Shown here piece after piece: positions 9,483 through 18,340 of a stretch of 64,000 bases of DNA (its first letter is position 1; every line of letters begins with the position of its first letter). A program made the translations under genes and the position numbers. The stretch is from contig CAMFSU010000048.1 in NCBI GenBank assembly GCA_945983355.1, forward strand, positions 20,367-84,366, written 5' to 3'. The notes under the pieces were generated by a model. It searched no databases, was not told the DNA's origin, and saw only the letters and a program-made list of their open reading frames with translations. Source of the stretch: an uncultured Clostridia bacterium (GTDB lineage: Bacteria; Bacillota; Clostridia; Oscillospirales; Acutalibacteraceae).

Positions 9483-10769
9483 TTATGCTTGTTTTAAAAT
9501 TTCAATTCCGTCAGGATAATAAACACGCTTAATGTCGGCACCAAGGTTTGTAAGCTTTTCAACTACATCCTCATAGCCGCGGTCAATACGCTCAATTTCC
9601 TCAACAAAGGTTTCACCCTCTGCCACTAATCCCGCAATAAGCATTGCAGCACCTGCACGCAAATCAACCGCTTTAACAGGGGCAGCAACAAGCTTTTCAA
9701 CGCCTGTAATAACGGCGGTTTTACCATCAACCTGTGCGTCGGCACCCATTAAGGTGAGTTGTTCGATATATCTGAAGCGATTGTCCCAAACGCCCTCGGT
9801 TACAATGCTTGTCCCCTCGGCAATGGCTAAAACGGTTGCCATTTGGGGTTGCATATCGGTCGGAAAGCCAGGGTGCGGCATTGTTTTAACATTGCATTTT
9901 CTTGGGCGGCGATCCATAGTAACACGCACCGCCTCATCAAATTCGGTAATAACAGCGCCCGTTTCACGAAGCTTTGCAATAATTGATTCCAAATGCTTTG
10001 GTGTAACATTATTTATAAGCACATCACCCTGTGTTGCAACCGCAGCCGCCATATAAGTGCCGGCTTCGATTTGGTCGGGTATTATGCTGTAGGTTGTGCC
10101 TTGAAGATTTTCAACACCGCGAATTTTAATAACGCTTGTGCCGGCGCCCATTATATTTGCACCCATAGAGTTTAAATAGTTCGCAAGGTCAACAATGTGT
10201 GGCTCACGCGCAGCATTCTCAATAACCGTAAGACCTGTTGCCTTTGCCGCCGCAAGCATTATGTTTATGGTGGCGCCAACCGACACAACATCCAAATAAA
10301 CGCTGCTGCCGCGAAGCTCATCCGCCCTTGCGTCAACCATACCCTTTTCAAACGAAACCCTTGCGCCAAGCATTTCAAAACCCTTGATATGCTGGTCAAT
10401 GGGGCGAACACCGAAATTGCAGCCACCGGGCGGTGCAACACGGGCCTTTTTCATTCTGCCAAGCAATGCGCCTAAAAAATAGCTTGAAGCACGCATCCCC
10501 TCTGCCATTTGGGGTGAAACAACAAAGGAATTTACATTTCTGGGGTCAATTTCAACAGTGGATTTATTTATAAACCTAACCTTTGCACCAAGCATTGACA
10601 AAACCTGTAAAATGTTTCTCACGTCGGAAATGTTAGGAAGATTTTCAATAACCGAAGGACTGTCGGCAAGTAAAACTGCCGGAAGAATTGCGACTGCGGC
10701 ATTTTTTGCACCGCTTATCCTGACTTCACCGCATAAGCGGTTACCGCCGGAAATCACAAACTTCTCCAT
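9483..10769 (-). CDS. murA: UDP-N-acetylglucosamine 1-carboxyvinyltransferase
   Basis: MEKFVISGGNRLCGEVRISGAKNAAVAILPA and the full-length MurA pattern. The start is chosen at the Met preceded by ggagggaatttg. Confidence 0.93.
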   Translation of the reverse strand: MEKFVISGGNRLCGEVRISGAKNAAVAILPAVLLADSPSVIENLPNISDVRNILQVLSMLGAKVRFINKSTVEIDPRNVNSFVVSPQMAEGMRASSYFLGALLGRMKKARVAPPGGCNFGVRPIDQHIKGFEMLGARVSFEKGMVDARADELRGSSVYLDVVSVGATINIMLAAAKATGLTVIENAAREPHIVDLANYLNSMGANIMGAGTSVIKIRGVENLQGTTYSIIPDQIEAGTYMAAAVATQGDVLINNVTPKHLESIIAKLRETGAVITEFDEAVRVTMDRRPRKCNVKTMPHPGFPTDMQPQMATVLAIAEGTSIVTEGVWDNRFRYIEQLTLMGADAQVDGKTAVITGVEKLVAAPVKAVDLRAGAAMLIAGLVAEGETFVEEIERIDRGYEDVVEKLTNLGADIKRVYYPDGIEILKQA

Positions 10770-10896
10770 CAAATTCCCTCCTATCACTTTTAATTCACAA
10801 AACAATTATGCCCTAAAATTAAAATTCAAATCAAAACTATAAAGTTATTATATACCATTTTCTTTAAACTGTCAATTTGAAAATTGGCATAGCAAT

Positions 10897-10927
10897 AAAA
10901 AAGACCGACAAACAAAATTTGTCGGTC
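10897..10927 (-). terminator. rho-independent terminator after jag
   Basis: 10-bp stem gaccgacaaa/tttgtcggtc followed on the minus strand by a T-run. Confidence 0.75.
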
Positions 10928-10936
10928 AAAAATTAT

Positions 10937-11875
10937 TTAGTTGATTTTTCCGTAAAGTGGGATATCGCTGTCCTTTTTGGGTTCACGATTGGGTGCAACC
11001 TCAACCTTGTTACTTGGGCGACTTCCACCTCTGCGGCGACGGTCATCTCTTCTGCCGCCACGACGGTCGTTACGGTTTCTTAACGGCTTTAATTCAGTGC
11101 CTTCAAGACCAATAACAACACGGCGATTTATACCCTCATCAAAGGATGCACTTGTAACACCTTCGATTGACTGAACCGCAGTATGGATAATACGGCGTTC
11201 GTAGGGGTTCATAGGTTCAAGTGTTCTGCATTTGCCGGTTTTTAAAACCTGTTCGGCAATGCGTTTTGCAAGGTTTGTTAAGGTGTCTTCACGCTTTTCA
11301 CGATAGTTGCCGATATTAAGTGAAACTTTATAATATCCGCCACCGTTATTAGCGGCAAGACCCGCCAAAAACTGCAATGCGTCAAGTGTTTCACCACGGT
11401 GACCGATAATTGCGCCAAGACCTTCACCTTGAAGGTCTATTAAAGCGGCGTTGTCACGCTGTGCAACCTTAAAGGTAACATTTTCACAGCCAAGATTTTC
11501 TAAAATTGGTTTTAAAAATTCAACCGCTTTAACGGGGCGTGAATCGGCAGGCAATTCGCTAATATCAACCGCTTCGCCATATTCTTTAACAGCATCAGCT
11601 TTCTTTGTTTCTATGTTTTTTGCCTTTTCAGGTGCGGGCTTATTTGCCTTTACCTTTTCGGCTTTTTTCTTTTCTTTTTTGGGTTTTATATCAGGCAATT
11701 CAACAAATGCCCTAACCTCTGCTTTGCTTCCGCCAAAAAGACCAAGTGTCTTTTTCTTGGGGAAAGTAACCACTTCAAACTGAACGTCGGCATCCTCGGC
11801 CAAGCCCAATTTTAAAGCAGCATCTTCTCTTGCTTCGTCGATAGTATCGCCAAAGCCCATTGCTTCTTTAATCAA
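10937..11875 (-). CDS. jag: RNA-binding protein Jag/KhpB (Jag_N, KH, R3H domains)
   Basis: 312 aa. KH/R3H core (AIIGHRGETLDALQFL, LEPMNPYERRIIHTAVQ), Lys-rich linker and Arg-rich tail. Located downstream of yidC. Confidence 0.88.
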   Translation of the reverse strand: MIKEAMGFGDTIDEAREDAALKLGLAEDADVQFEVVTFPKKKTLGLFGGSKAEVRAFVELPDIKPKKEKKKAEKVKANKPAPEKAKNIETKKADAVKEYGEAVDISELPADSRPVKAVEFLKPILENLGCENVTFKVAQRDNAALIDLQGEGLGAIIGHRGETLDALQFLAGLAANNGGGYYKVSLNIGNYREKREDTLTNLAKRIAEQVLKTGKCRTLEPMNPYERRIIHTAVQSIEGVTSASFDEGINRRVVIGLEGTELKPLRNRNDRRGGRRDDRRRRGGSRPSNKVEVAPNREPKKDSDIPLYGKIN

Positions 11876-11892
11876 GGGAATTTCCTCCTATA

Positions 11893-12816
11893 TTATCCTT
11901 CAATTTGTCCAAACTTTTTAATTTGTGTTTCTTCAAAATCGCACTGCTTTGAAAGCTGATTTGCGCGTTCCTTGGACAAAAGCTTATGAGGTCCGTAAAA
12001 CTGTTGTACTAAAATTTGAATAACGCCACCGATAAGTGATGAGCATGCCCAATAGAATGTTACACCGCAAGGGAAGCCAAAGCCAATGAACAACGAAATT
12101 AAAGGCATTGTAAGCATCATACCCATCATACTGGGGGCATCGGGGTTTTGCTTTTTCTGCATAATTGAAGACATTACGCTTGAAAGCATTTGTGTGCCGA
12201 AAGCCAATAAGGGCATAATCCAAGTGCGGTTAAAGTGGCTGAAAATATCAATGTTAAATTTAGGGGTTGCAGTAAGGTCGATACCGAAAAAGCTAAAGCT
12301 CATATCCTTAGCGGCCTCAGCAATTTCGGGGAAATTGATTTTGCCCGAATTTACAGCGCCCAAAATTTGAAGCTCACTTCTTCCCTCAACAACATTTTCG
12401 CCAAGGTCCTTTAAAGCTGCAACAGCGGCCTTAATTGTTTCGGCATCAACATCCAAAAGATAGGTTAAGGGTTGCATTATCATCCAATAAATGCTCATCA
12501 TAACAACAAGGCGCAAAATCATTGGAAGACAGCCGCCCGACATGGAAACGCCCTCTTTTTGATAAAGCTCTTGCATTGCCATGCTGTATTTTTGCTTGTC
12601 ATCGCCGTATTTTTCTTTTAAAGCATCAAGCTTTGGCTTAATGCGAAGCTGCTGTACGGCAGATTTTTGGCTTTTAATTGTAAGCGGAATAAAAGCCAAG
12701 TTAATGAGTAATGTAAATACAAATACCGCTACGGCAAAATTACCGCCGAAAATGTCAGAAATAAACTGTAAAACATACGCAAACGGAATGTTTATAATGT
12801 TAAATAGTGCTTGCAT
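11893..12816 (-). CDS. yidC: membrane protein insertase YidC
   Basis: 307 aa, YidC/Oxa1 core (GCLPMILRLVVMMSIYW, TFYWACSSLIGGVIQ). Confidence 0.9.
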   Translation of the reverse strand: MQALFNIINIPFAYVLQFISDIFGGNFAVAVFVFTLLINLAFIPLTIKSQKSAVQQLRIKPKLDALKEKYGDDKQKYSMAMQELYQKEGVSMSGGCLPMILRLVVMMSIYWMIMQPLTYLLDVDAETIKAAVAALKDLGENVVEGRSELQILGAVNSGKINFPEIAEAAKDMSFSFFGIDLTATPKFNIDIFSHFNRTWIMPLLAFGTQMLSSVMSSIMQKKQNPDAPSMMGMMLTMPLISLFIGFGFPCGVTFYWACSSLIGGVIQILVQQFYGPHKLLSKERANQLSKQCDFEETQIKKFGQIEG

Positions 12817-12854
12817 TTATACACCGTCCATTCTAAAAATGGTAATTTTTAAAT

Positions 12855-13076
12855 TTAATGTTTCTTTTCGGGTACAGGGTCATACCCACCCTTGCAAAAA
12901 GGGTTGCATCTTAAAATTCTCCAAACTGTCAGGGCCGAGCCCTTAAGCGCGCCGTGAGTAGATATTGCCTCAATACCATATTGAGAGCAGGTGGGTGTGA
13001 AACGGCAACAGCTAATTTTTAGCGGAGAAATGTTTTTTTGGTAAAACCTAATTAGAAATATCAGTAATCGTTTCAT
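12855..13076 (-). CDS. yidD: membrane protein insertion efficiency factor YidD
   Basis: 73 aa, [15 protein letters not shown]...[17 protein letters not shown]. Confidence 0.93.
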   Translation of the reverse strand: MKRLLIFLIRFYQKNISPLKISCCRFTPTCSQYGIEAISTHGALKGSALTVWRILRCNPFCKGGYDPVPEKKH

Positions 13077-13413
13077 TTTCTTCTTTTAATGCACCGGCGG
13101 CGGAGAGTGCCTTATTTAACATAACAAGTACATCGGTGCTTTTCAAATTCAAAATTCGTGTTCTTGCAACAATTACAAAATCATGCCCGTCGGCAACACG
13201 GGGTAATAAAAAACGAAATGCGGCAGTTATAACACGCTTTGCACGGTTGCGCTTAACCGCCTTGCCAATCTTTTTGCCGACCGTAATACCAAGCCGCACC
13301 GCTTGTTCGCGGTTTTTGTTAACATAAACCACAAACGCAGGTGTAACAAAGCTTTTGCCGCGGTTATAAGCGCGGCGAAAGTCACGGTTTTCCTTTAGCT
13401 TAATTATTTTCAT
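13048..13413 (-). CDS. rnpA: ribonuclease P protein component
   Basis: 121 aa basic protein ([16 protein letters not shown]...[10 protein letters not shown]) between rpmH and yidD. Confidence 0.9.
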   Translation of the reverse strand: MKIIKLKENRDFRRAYNRGKSFVTPAFVVYVNKNREQAVRLGITVGKKIGKAVKRNRAKRVITAAFRFLLPRVADGHDFVIVARTRILNLKSTDVLVMLNKALSAAGALKEENETITDISN

Positions 13414-13447
13414 AATAAAAAAGGAAAAGCCACTAAATATGTGGCTT

Positions 13448-13582
13448 TTAGTATGTCAATTTCTTTCTTCCTTTTGCTCTGCGACGTGCCAAAACCTTGC
13501 GACCGTTAGCAGTTGCCATTCTCTTTAAGAAACCGTGCTCTTTCTTACGATGAAGCTTTTTCGGTTGATATGTTCTCTTCAA
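13448..13582 (-). CDS. rpmH: 50S ribosomal protein L34 (not in the ORF track, TTG start)
   Basis: Hand translation of the minus strand gives (M)[43 protein letters not shown]. The RBS ggaggg lies 5 nt upstream of TTG. Confidence 0.9.
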   Translation of the reverse strand: MKRTYQPKKLHRKKEHGFLKRMATANGRKVLARRRAKGRKKLTY

Positions 13583-13708
13583 CTTGAACCCTCCTTAACT
13601 GAACAATGATTGTTATATAAGCGGGAATTTCCCTTATACATAACCTTACAGAATAGAATTATACCCAAAACCACCCAAAATGTCAATAAAAATTTACCGA
13701 CAGATAAC

Positions 13709-13736
13709 AAAAAATCCGCACAAGGCGGATTTTTTG
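13709..13736. terminator. bidirectional hairpin terminator downstream of thiT
   Basis: aaaaaatccgc-acaa-gcggatttttt. Confidence 0.7.
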
Positions 13737-13740
13737 TTTT

Positions 13741-14301
13741 TTAATTCATAAGTCGTTTTGTTTGAGGCAAACGGAAAATAATACCCGCCCCCACAGTTGT
13801 AAGCACCAATTCAGGCAACATATAACCGCCATTATAGCAAAGTGAATAAAGCCAAACGCTATCCCATTCGCACCAAATATCAAAGATAAACACACCTGTT
13901 GCAAAGTGGCACAAAAATCTTAATAAAAGCACAAACGCTGTGCCGATAATTATACCAAGATAGCCAAACTTTCTAAATGCGCCCGCAAAGCCAAGCACAA
14001 AGTACGCCAAAACATAGTCAAACACAAAGGTTGCAACCAATACCCAAGGGGTAAGTCCCCAGCTGCAAACCTCGGCAAAGCTTAGCATCATTTGAATAAC
14101 ACCGTAAACAAACGAAATGCCAAGCCCCCATCTCATGCCAAACATACAGGAAAGCATAATAATCGGTAGCATACTAAAAAGGGTAACTCCACCACCAAGC
14201 GGCGGCTCGTAAATTTTTATCATGCTAAGCACTGTGGAAAGCGCAATAAAAACCGCGCTGACAGTCAGCCGAAAAATCGGCTTTTTTACATTTTCTTTCA
14301 T
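13741..14301 (-). CDS. thiT: ECF-type thiamine transporter S component (ThiT-like)
   Basis: 186 aa, 6 TM. The start at MKENVKK has an RBS (aaaggagaaaaacaaaATG) and is preceded by a TPP riboswitch. Confidence 0.75.
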   Translation of the reverse strand: MKENVKKPIFRLTVSAVFIALSTVLSMIKIYEPPLGGGVTLFSMLPIIMLSCMFGMRWGLGISFVYGVIQMMLSFAEVCSWGLTPWVLVATFVFDYVLAYFVLGFAGAFRKFGYLGIIIGTAFVLLLRFLCHFATGVFIFDIWCEWDSVWLYSLCYNGGYMLPELVLTTVGAGIIFRLPQTKRLMN

Positions 14302-14353
14302 TTTGTTTTTCTCCTTTTTACATATATTTGCAATCAGTACCGAAATACAAAAC

Positions 14354-14382
14354 AAAAAAGCCACAGGCAATAAACCTGTGGC
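14354..14382 (-). terminator. attenuator terminator (expression platform of the TPP riboswitch)
   Basis: Stem gccacagg/cctgtggc followed by a T-run on the minus strand, between the aptamer and the thiT RBS. Confidence 0.7.
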
Positions 14383-14396
14383 AATACAAGCGCTGT

Positions 14397-14499
14397 ATTT
14401 CCCTACGGCCGCATTATCGGCATCAGGTAATCGGTCGAAGCCATAGCCGTTTTTTCGGCGGGCATCCTCTCAGCCGGAGTTTCATCCAGCTCCCTAATT
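14397..14499 (-). promoter_or_regulatory. TPP (THI-box) riboswitch aptamer
   Basis: Minus strand reads AUUAGGGAGC...GGCUGAGAGG...ACCGAUUACCUGAUGCCGAUAAUGCGGCCGUAGGGAAAU. It contains the conserved CUGAGA and ACCUGAU...AUAAUGC...CGUAGGGA elements. Confidence 0.85.
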
Positions 14500-14524
14500 G
14501 CAAAAGAATTATACTACTTAAACT

Positions 14525-15085
14525 TTAATTTGTCAAGCGTTCTTTATCCTTTAAAATTTGTTTTTGATAACGGTCTTCCTCGGAAAAGATGCAACCGCAA
14601 TATTTTTGCATATAAAAGCCCTTTTCACGCGCAAGATTATTGCCGTTTCTGAAATTAACCCTAAAATCGCGGTATAAAAACTTGACGCCAAATTCTTTTT
14701 CAAGCTTTTCGCCTGTGGCTTTAATGCCGTCGTGGTCTTGGTATAAACTGCAAAGAAGTGTGGTTGTAAAAGCGTCATATCCATTATCACGGGCAAATTT
14801 TGCGGTTTCATACATACGGATATAATAGCAATATTTACACCTGTTATCAATATCCTCCGCTACCGCTTTTACAAACTGTCGAAGACCGTAATTTTCTTTA
14901 ACCCTAACAGTTAAACCCACTTCTTCGGCATAGCTTAAAAGACAGTCGCGGCGGGCTTTATATTCGGTATAAGGGTGAATATTTGGGTTAAACCAAAACA
15001 AATCGGGGGTTATACCCTCCTCCAAAAGAAAGGGCACCACCGACAAACTGCAAGGTGCACAGCAGGTGTGAACTAAAACTTTCAT
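14525..15085 (-). CDS. queH: epoxyqueuosine reductase QueH (DUF208)
   Basis: MKVLVHTCCAPCS, CKYCYYIRM, YCGCIFSE cysteine motifs. Confidence 0.88.
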   Translation of the reverse strand: MKVLVHTCCAPCSLSVVPFLLEEGITPDLFWFNPNIHPYTEYKARRDCLLSYAEEVGLTVRVKENYGLRQFVKAVAEDIDNRCKYCYYIRMYETAKFARDNGYDAFTTTLLCSLYQDHDGIKATGEKLEKEFGVKFLYRDFRVNFRNGNNLAREKGFYMQKYCGCIFSEEDRYQKQILKDKERLTN

Positions 15086-15086
15086 A

Positions 15087-15560
15087 CTAAACCTCAATAA
15101 TTATCGGCATAATGCCGTTATTTTCAATATCAATTACCGCATAGGTGGCTTTGCTACTACGGGGCGAGCCACAAGACCCAGGATTAACAAGATAAACCCC
15201 ATCCTCATATAATACTAAGGGGCTGTGGGTGTGGCCAAAAAGTGCAATATCGCACCCGTTTTGCTTTGCGGTTTTTAAAAGGTGTGTTGTGGAGGATTTA
15301 ACCCCCAAATTATGCCCGTGGGTGTAAAAGATTTTCTTGCCGCCCAAAAATGCAATATCACTCGACGGAAAGGTGGAAAAATAATCACAATTGCCGCTTA
15401 AAATGTGAAACTGCTTTTCGGGAAAAAGATAAACAAAATCTTCAATATCGCTTGCTAAATCCCCCAAAAAGAAAACATGTGTGGCTTCCTTTTGTGCATA
15501 TAAAATTTTTTCAATTATGTCGCTGCGCTTGTGCGAATCGGAAATTACTAAAATTCTCAT
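15087..15560 (-). CDS. YfcE/MJ0936-family metallophosphoesterase
   Basis: 157 aa, MRILVISDSH...GDL...GNCD...THGH...GHTH motifs. Confidence 0.88.
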   Translation of the reverse strand: MRILVISDSHKRSDIIEKILYAQKEATHVFFLGDLASDIEDFVYLFPEKQFHILSGNCDYFSTFPSSDIAFLGGKKIFYTHGHNLGVKSSTTHLLKTAKQNGCDIALFGHTHSPLVLYEDGVYLVNPGSCGSPRSSKATYAVIDIENNGIMPIIIEV

Positions 15561-15604
15561 ACCGTAACACCAAATTTACATATATATTATTAGGAGCTGA
15601 TTTA

Positions 15605-15850
15605 ATGAATCAAAACAACAAAAACAAAATGATGGATGAAATTTTAAAAAATTCAAACGGCAAGCTTGACACAAAGGCCATTAAGGATGCCGCTAAAAAG
15701 GGCAATACCGAAAAGCTTATAAACTCACTTAAAGATGAAGATAAGCAAAAGCTTTTAAATGTGCTTTCAAACCAAGATGCCCTTAACGAAATTTTAAAAA
15801 GCCCGCAGGCACAGGCAATGCTAAAGCTTTTTGGTGGTAAAAATGGATGA
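15605..15850 (+). CDS. hypothetical small Lys/Asn-rich protein
   Basis: 81 aa from the in-frame ATG at 15605. It is the first of three overlapping small ORFs. No recognisable domain. Confidence 0.5.
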   Translation: MNQNNKNKMMDEILKNSNGKLDTKAIKDAAKKGNTEKLINSLKDEDKQKLLNVLSNQDALNEILKSPQAQAMLKLFGGKNG

Positions 15851-16187
15851 CTTAACAAAACGGCTATCGGAAATTTTAAACGACCCGCAAAGTATGAATA
15901 GGGTCAAGGAAATGGCCGAAAGCATTTTAAACGACAAGCCCGAGCCCGAACCCCAAGAAAATGCCTTGGGCGGTATTTTAGACAGCGGTGAGCTGCTTCA
16001 AGTAATGAATTTGGTGTCAAAGCTGCAAAGCCAAAGCGACGACCCTAAAAGTGCGCTTTTGTTAGCGCTTAAACCCCATTTAAGCGAGGCCAAGCGTGAA
16101 AAGGTGGACACGGCGGTTAAAATCTTACGTCTTTTGGATTTATTGCCCCTTATTAAAGAAACGGGGATTTTAGGTAAGCTTTTATGA
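15843..16187 (+). CDS. hypothetical small protein
   Basis: 114 aa from MDDLTKRL, with an 8-nt overlap with the previous ORF. Confidence 0.5.
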   Translation: MDDLTKRLSEILNDPQSMNRVKEMAESILNDKPEPEPQENALGGILDSGELLQVMNLVSKLQSQSDDPKSALLLALKPHLSEAKREKVDTAVKILRLLDLLPLIKETGILGKLL

Positions 16188-16462
16188 TGCAAAATGACTT
16201 TTCCTTAAGACAGCAAAAAGCCATTGAAGAAATGATGAAAATGAACCAAAAAAGCCAAACCCCAAAACCACAGCCAACCCCCGAAAAGCCACCACAAAGC
16301 AAAACGCCGCAAAACGATTTTTTGTCATCCCTTAATATTCCATTTTTAAACGACCTTAAAAGCGATGGGGATTTAACCTTAATTTTAGGGCTTTTATTGC
16401 TTTTACTGAACGAAAAAGCCGACAAGCGCCTGCTTTTTGCACTTTTATATATTTTACTTTAA
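16184..16462 (+). CDS. hypothetical small protein with Pro/Gln-rich middle and hydrophobic C-terminus
   Basis: 92 aa, ATGA overlap with the previous ORF, C-terminal LILGLLLLLL...LLFALLYILL. Confidence 0.5.
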   Translation: MMQNDFSLRQQKAIEEMMKMNQKSQTPKPQPTPEKPPQSKTPQNDFLSSLNIPFLNDLKSDGDLTLILGLLLLLLNEKADKRLLFALLYILL

Positions 16463-16499
16463 AAGAGTATATTCACAAAACGGAATATACTCTTTTTTA

Positions 16500-17267
16500 T
16501 TATTTTAAAAACCTTTTATAATTAAATGCCGCAATAAAAAGTGTTATGGCGGTAAGCACCACCTGTGAGGTCGGCGGAATGTGTGAATAACCACCCAAAG
16601 AAGTTGCATTTGCAATTAAATTTGAAAAAGCCGTAACAAAGCAGACTGTAAACGCCAAAACAGAACGCATATAAAGTGAAGCACCATTTATATATACCTT
16701 GCATTTGTTACCTGCATAGCTTATAAAAAACAAAAGCGACACACAATATGATGCGATAAGAAAAATATTTTCGTTAATAAGCGAAAGTGAGCCGATACCG
16801 ATAAATGAGCATATAATTCTTATAATCATATAAATAGCGGGCAATGTGTGGCATAAGTCAGGTATTTTGAAGCTAAAAAATGCCGAAAACAGTATTGCCG
16901 CAAAATACACCGCAGTTAAAAAGCCGACTGTTTTCATTGCTATTGCTTGCCAAGTGGTATCACCAAAAACGAACTGTTCATTAAACGCTTCATAAAAAAG
17001 CGAAATAGCAAGTATTCCCGAAGCAATGGCAATAATCTTGCTTTCTTTTTCAGTTTCTTTGGTTTGAAAATCGCAAAATCGTGCCACAACAGCCGCCGCA
17101 ATACACAAAATCACAACGGACACCATTAAAAAAGTGCCAAGTGCGGTTTTTTCCGTTATTAAAAAGCCGGTGCTTTGGTCAATAGTGCAAAAAATTTGCA
17201 AGGTTCTTAACACAAAAGCCAAAAGCGTGGCAATACAAATTACAAGGGTTGATTTTTTAAATTTCAT
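16500..17267 (-). CDS. hypothetical polytopic membrane protein
   Basis: About 255 aa with about 8 TM helices and no recognised motif. Confidence 0.6.
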   Translation of the reverse strand: MKFKKSTLVICIATLLAFVLRTLQIFCTIDQSTGFLITEKTALGTFLMVSVVILCIAAAVVARFCDFQTKETEKESKIIAIASGILAISLFYEAFNEQFVFGDTTWQAIAMKTVGFLTAVYFAAILFSAFFSFKIPDLCHTLPAIYMIIRIICSFIGIGSLSLINENIFLIASYCVSLLFFISYAGNKCKVYINGASLYMRSVLAFTVCFVTAFSNLIANATSLGGYSHIPPTSQVVLTAITLFIAAFNYKRFLK

Positions 17268-17364
17268 TATGTACATCCAATCATTAAATTAGAAATTTTA
17301 GCATATATAATAATACCGCTTGCCTTTTAAAAAGTCAACTTTATTATAAAAAAGAGGGATTTTA

Positions 17365-18312
17365 ATGAAAAAAATTTTGGCCTTTGCATCTTTAATATTG
17401 GCATTTTTATTGCTTTTGCCCCTAACGGTATTGGGACAACCCTCTAAACCGACTATTGAGAGCGTTGAAATTGAAAAAATCGACCCCGTTAAAACCTTTA
17501 AAATTTTAAGAACAGAAAAAAACGAGGTTGAAGAAATTTCTTATGATGATTACATATTCGGGGTGGTTGCCGCCGAAATGCCCGCCCTTTACGAGCTGGA
17601 TGCCTTAAAGGCGCAGGCGGTTGCCGCCCACACCTTTGCGCTTTATCGTTCGGTATCTAACAAAGAAAATGGCTATGACATAACCGACAATTTTGAGGTT
17701 GACCAAGCGTTTATAACCGAAAATGATGCCAAAGAAAAATGGGGCGACAAGGCAGAGGAATATATTAAAAAAATCAAAACCGCTGTTAAAGAAACCCAAA
17801 ACCTTGCTTTAACCTGTAATGGTGAAATAATACTTTCGGCATACCACGCAATATCGGCAGGTAAAACCGAGGACTGTAAGAATGTTTGGGGCGGAGAAAG
17901 AAGCTATCTTGTGTCGGTTGACAGCGTTGGGGATAAATTATCGCCCAACTTCATATCCACCAAAACCGTTACAAAGGATGAAATAAAAACGCTTTTTGCC
18001 GACCTTAACCTAACCGATGACCATACCGCCTATTTCAAAGAAATTAAAAAAACCGATGCAGGCAGAGTTTTAACCCTTAAAATGTGCGAAAATGAGGTTA
18101 GAGGTGCTGATATACGGGAAAAATTAGATTTGCGCTCGGCTTGTTTTGATGTAAAATTTGAAAACGATGCTTTCACCTTTACGGTTTACGGCTATGGCCA
18201 CGGGGTTGGTATGAGCCAATACGGCGCAAACTATATGGCACAGCAGGGCGCCGATTTTAAAGAAATTTTATGCCACTATTATACCGGCTGTGAAATTACC
18301 GAAATAAAATAA
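17365..18312 (+). CDS. spoIID: stage II sporulation protein D (SpoIID/LytB family)
   Basis: Signal peptide, then YIFGVVAAEMP, LKAQAVAAHTFALY, GYGHGVGMSQYGANYMA. Confidence 0.88.
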   Translation: MKKILAFASLILAFLLLLPLTVLGQPSKPTIESVEIEKIDPVKTFKILRTEKNEVEEISYDDYIFGVVAAEMPALYELDALKAQAVAAHTFALYRSVSNKENGYDITDNFEVDQAFITENDAKEKWGDKAEEYIKKIKTAVKETQNLALTCNGEIILSAYHAISAGKTEDCKNVWGGERSYLVSVDSVGDKLSPNFISTKTVTKDEIKTLFADLNLTDDHTAYFKEIKKTDAGRVLTLKMCENEVRGADIREKLDLRSACFDVKFENDAFTFTVYGYGHGVGMSQYGANYMAQQGADFKEILCHYYTGCEITEIK

Positions 18313-18340
18313 AAATCGGCTCACGAGAGCCGATTTTTTT
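18311..18340. terminator. bidirectional terminator (spoIID / acyltransferase)
   Basis: aaaaatcggctc-acga-gagccgattttttt. Confidence 0.8.

Noticed and set aside
13583-13740. Possible oriC next to rpmH
   Set aside because: The region is short, with no dnaA gene and no visible cluster of DnaA boxes. It contains only a promoter region and a bidirectional terminator.
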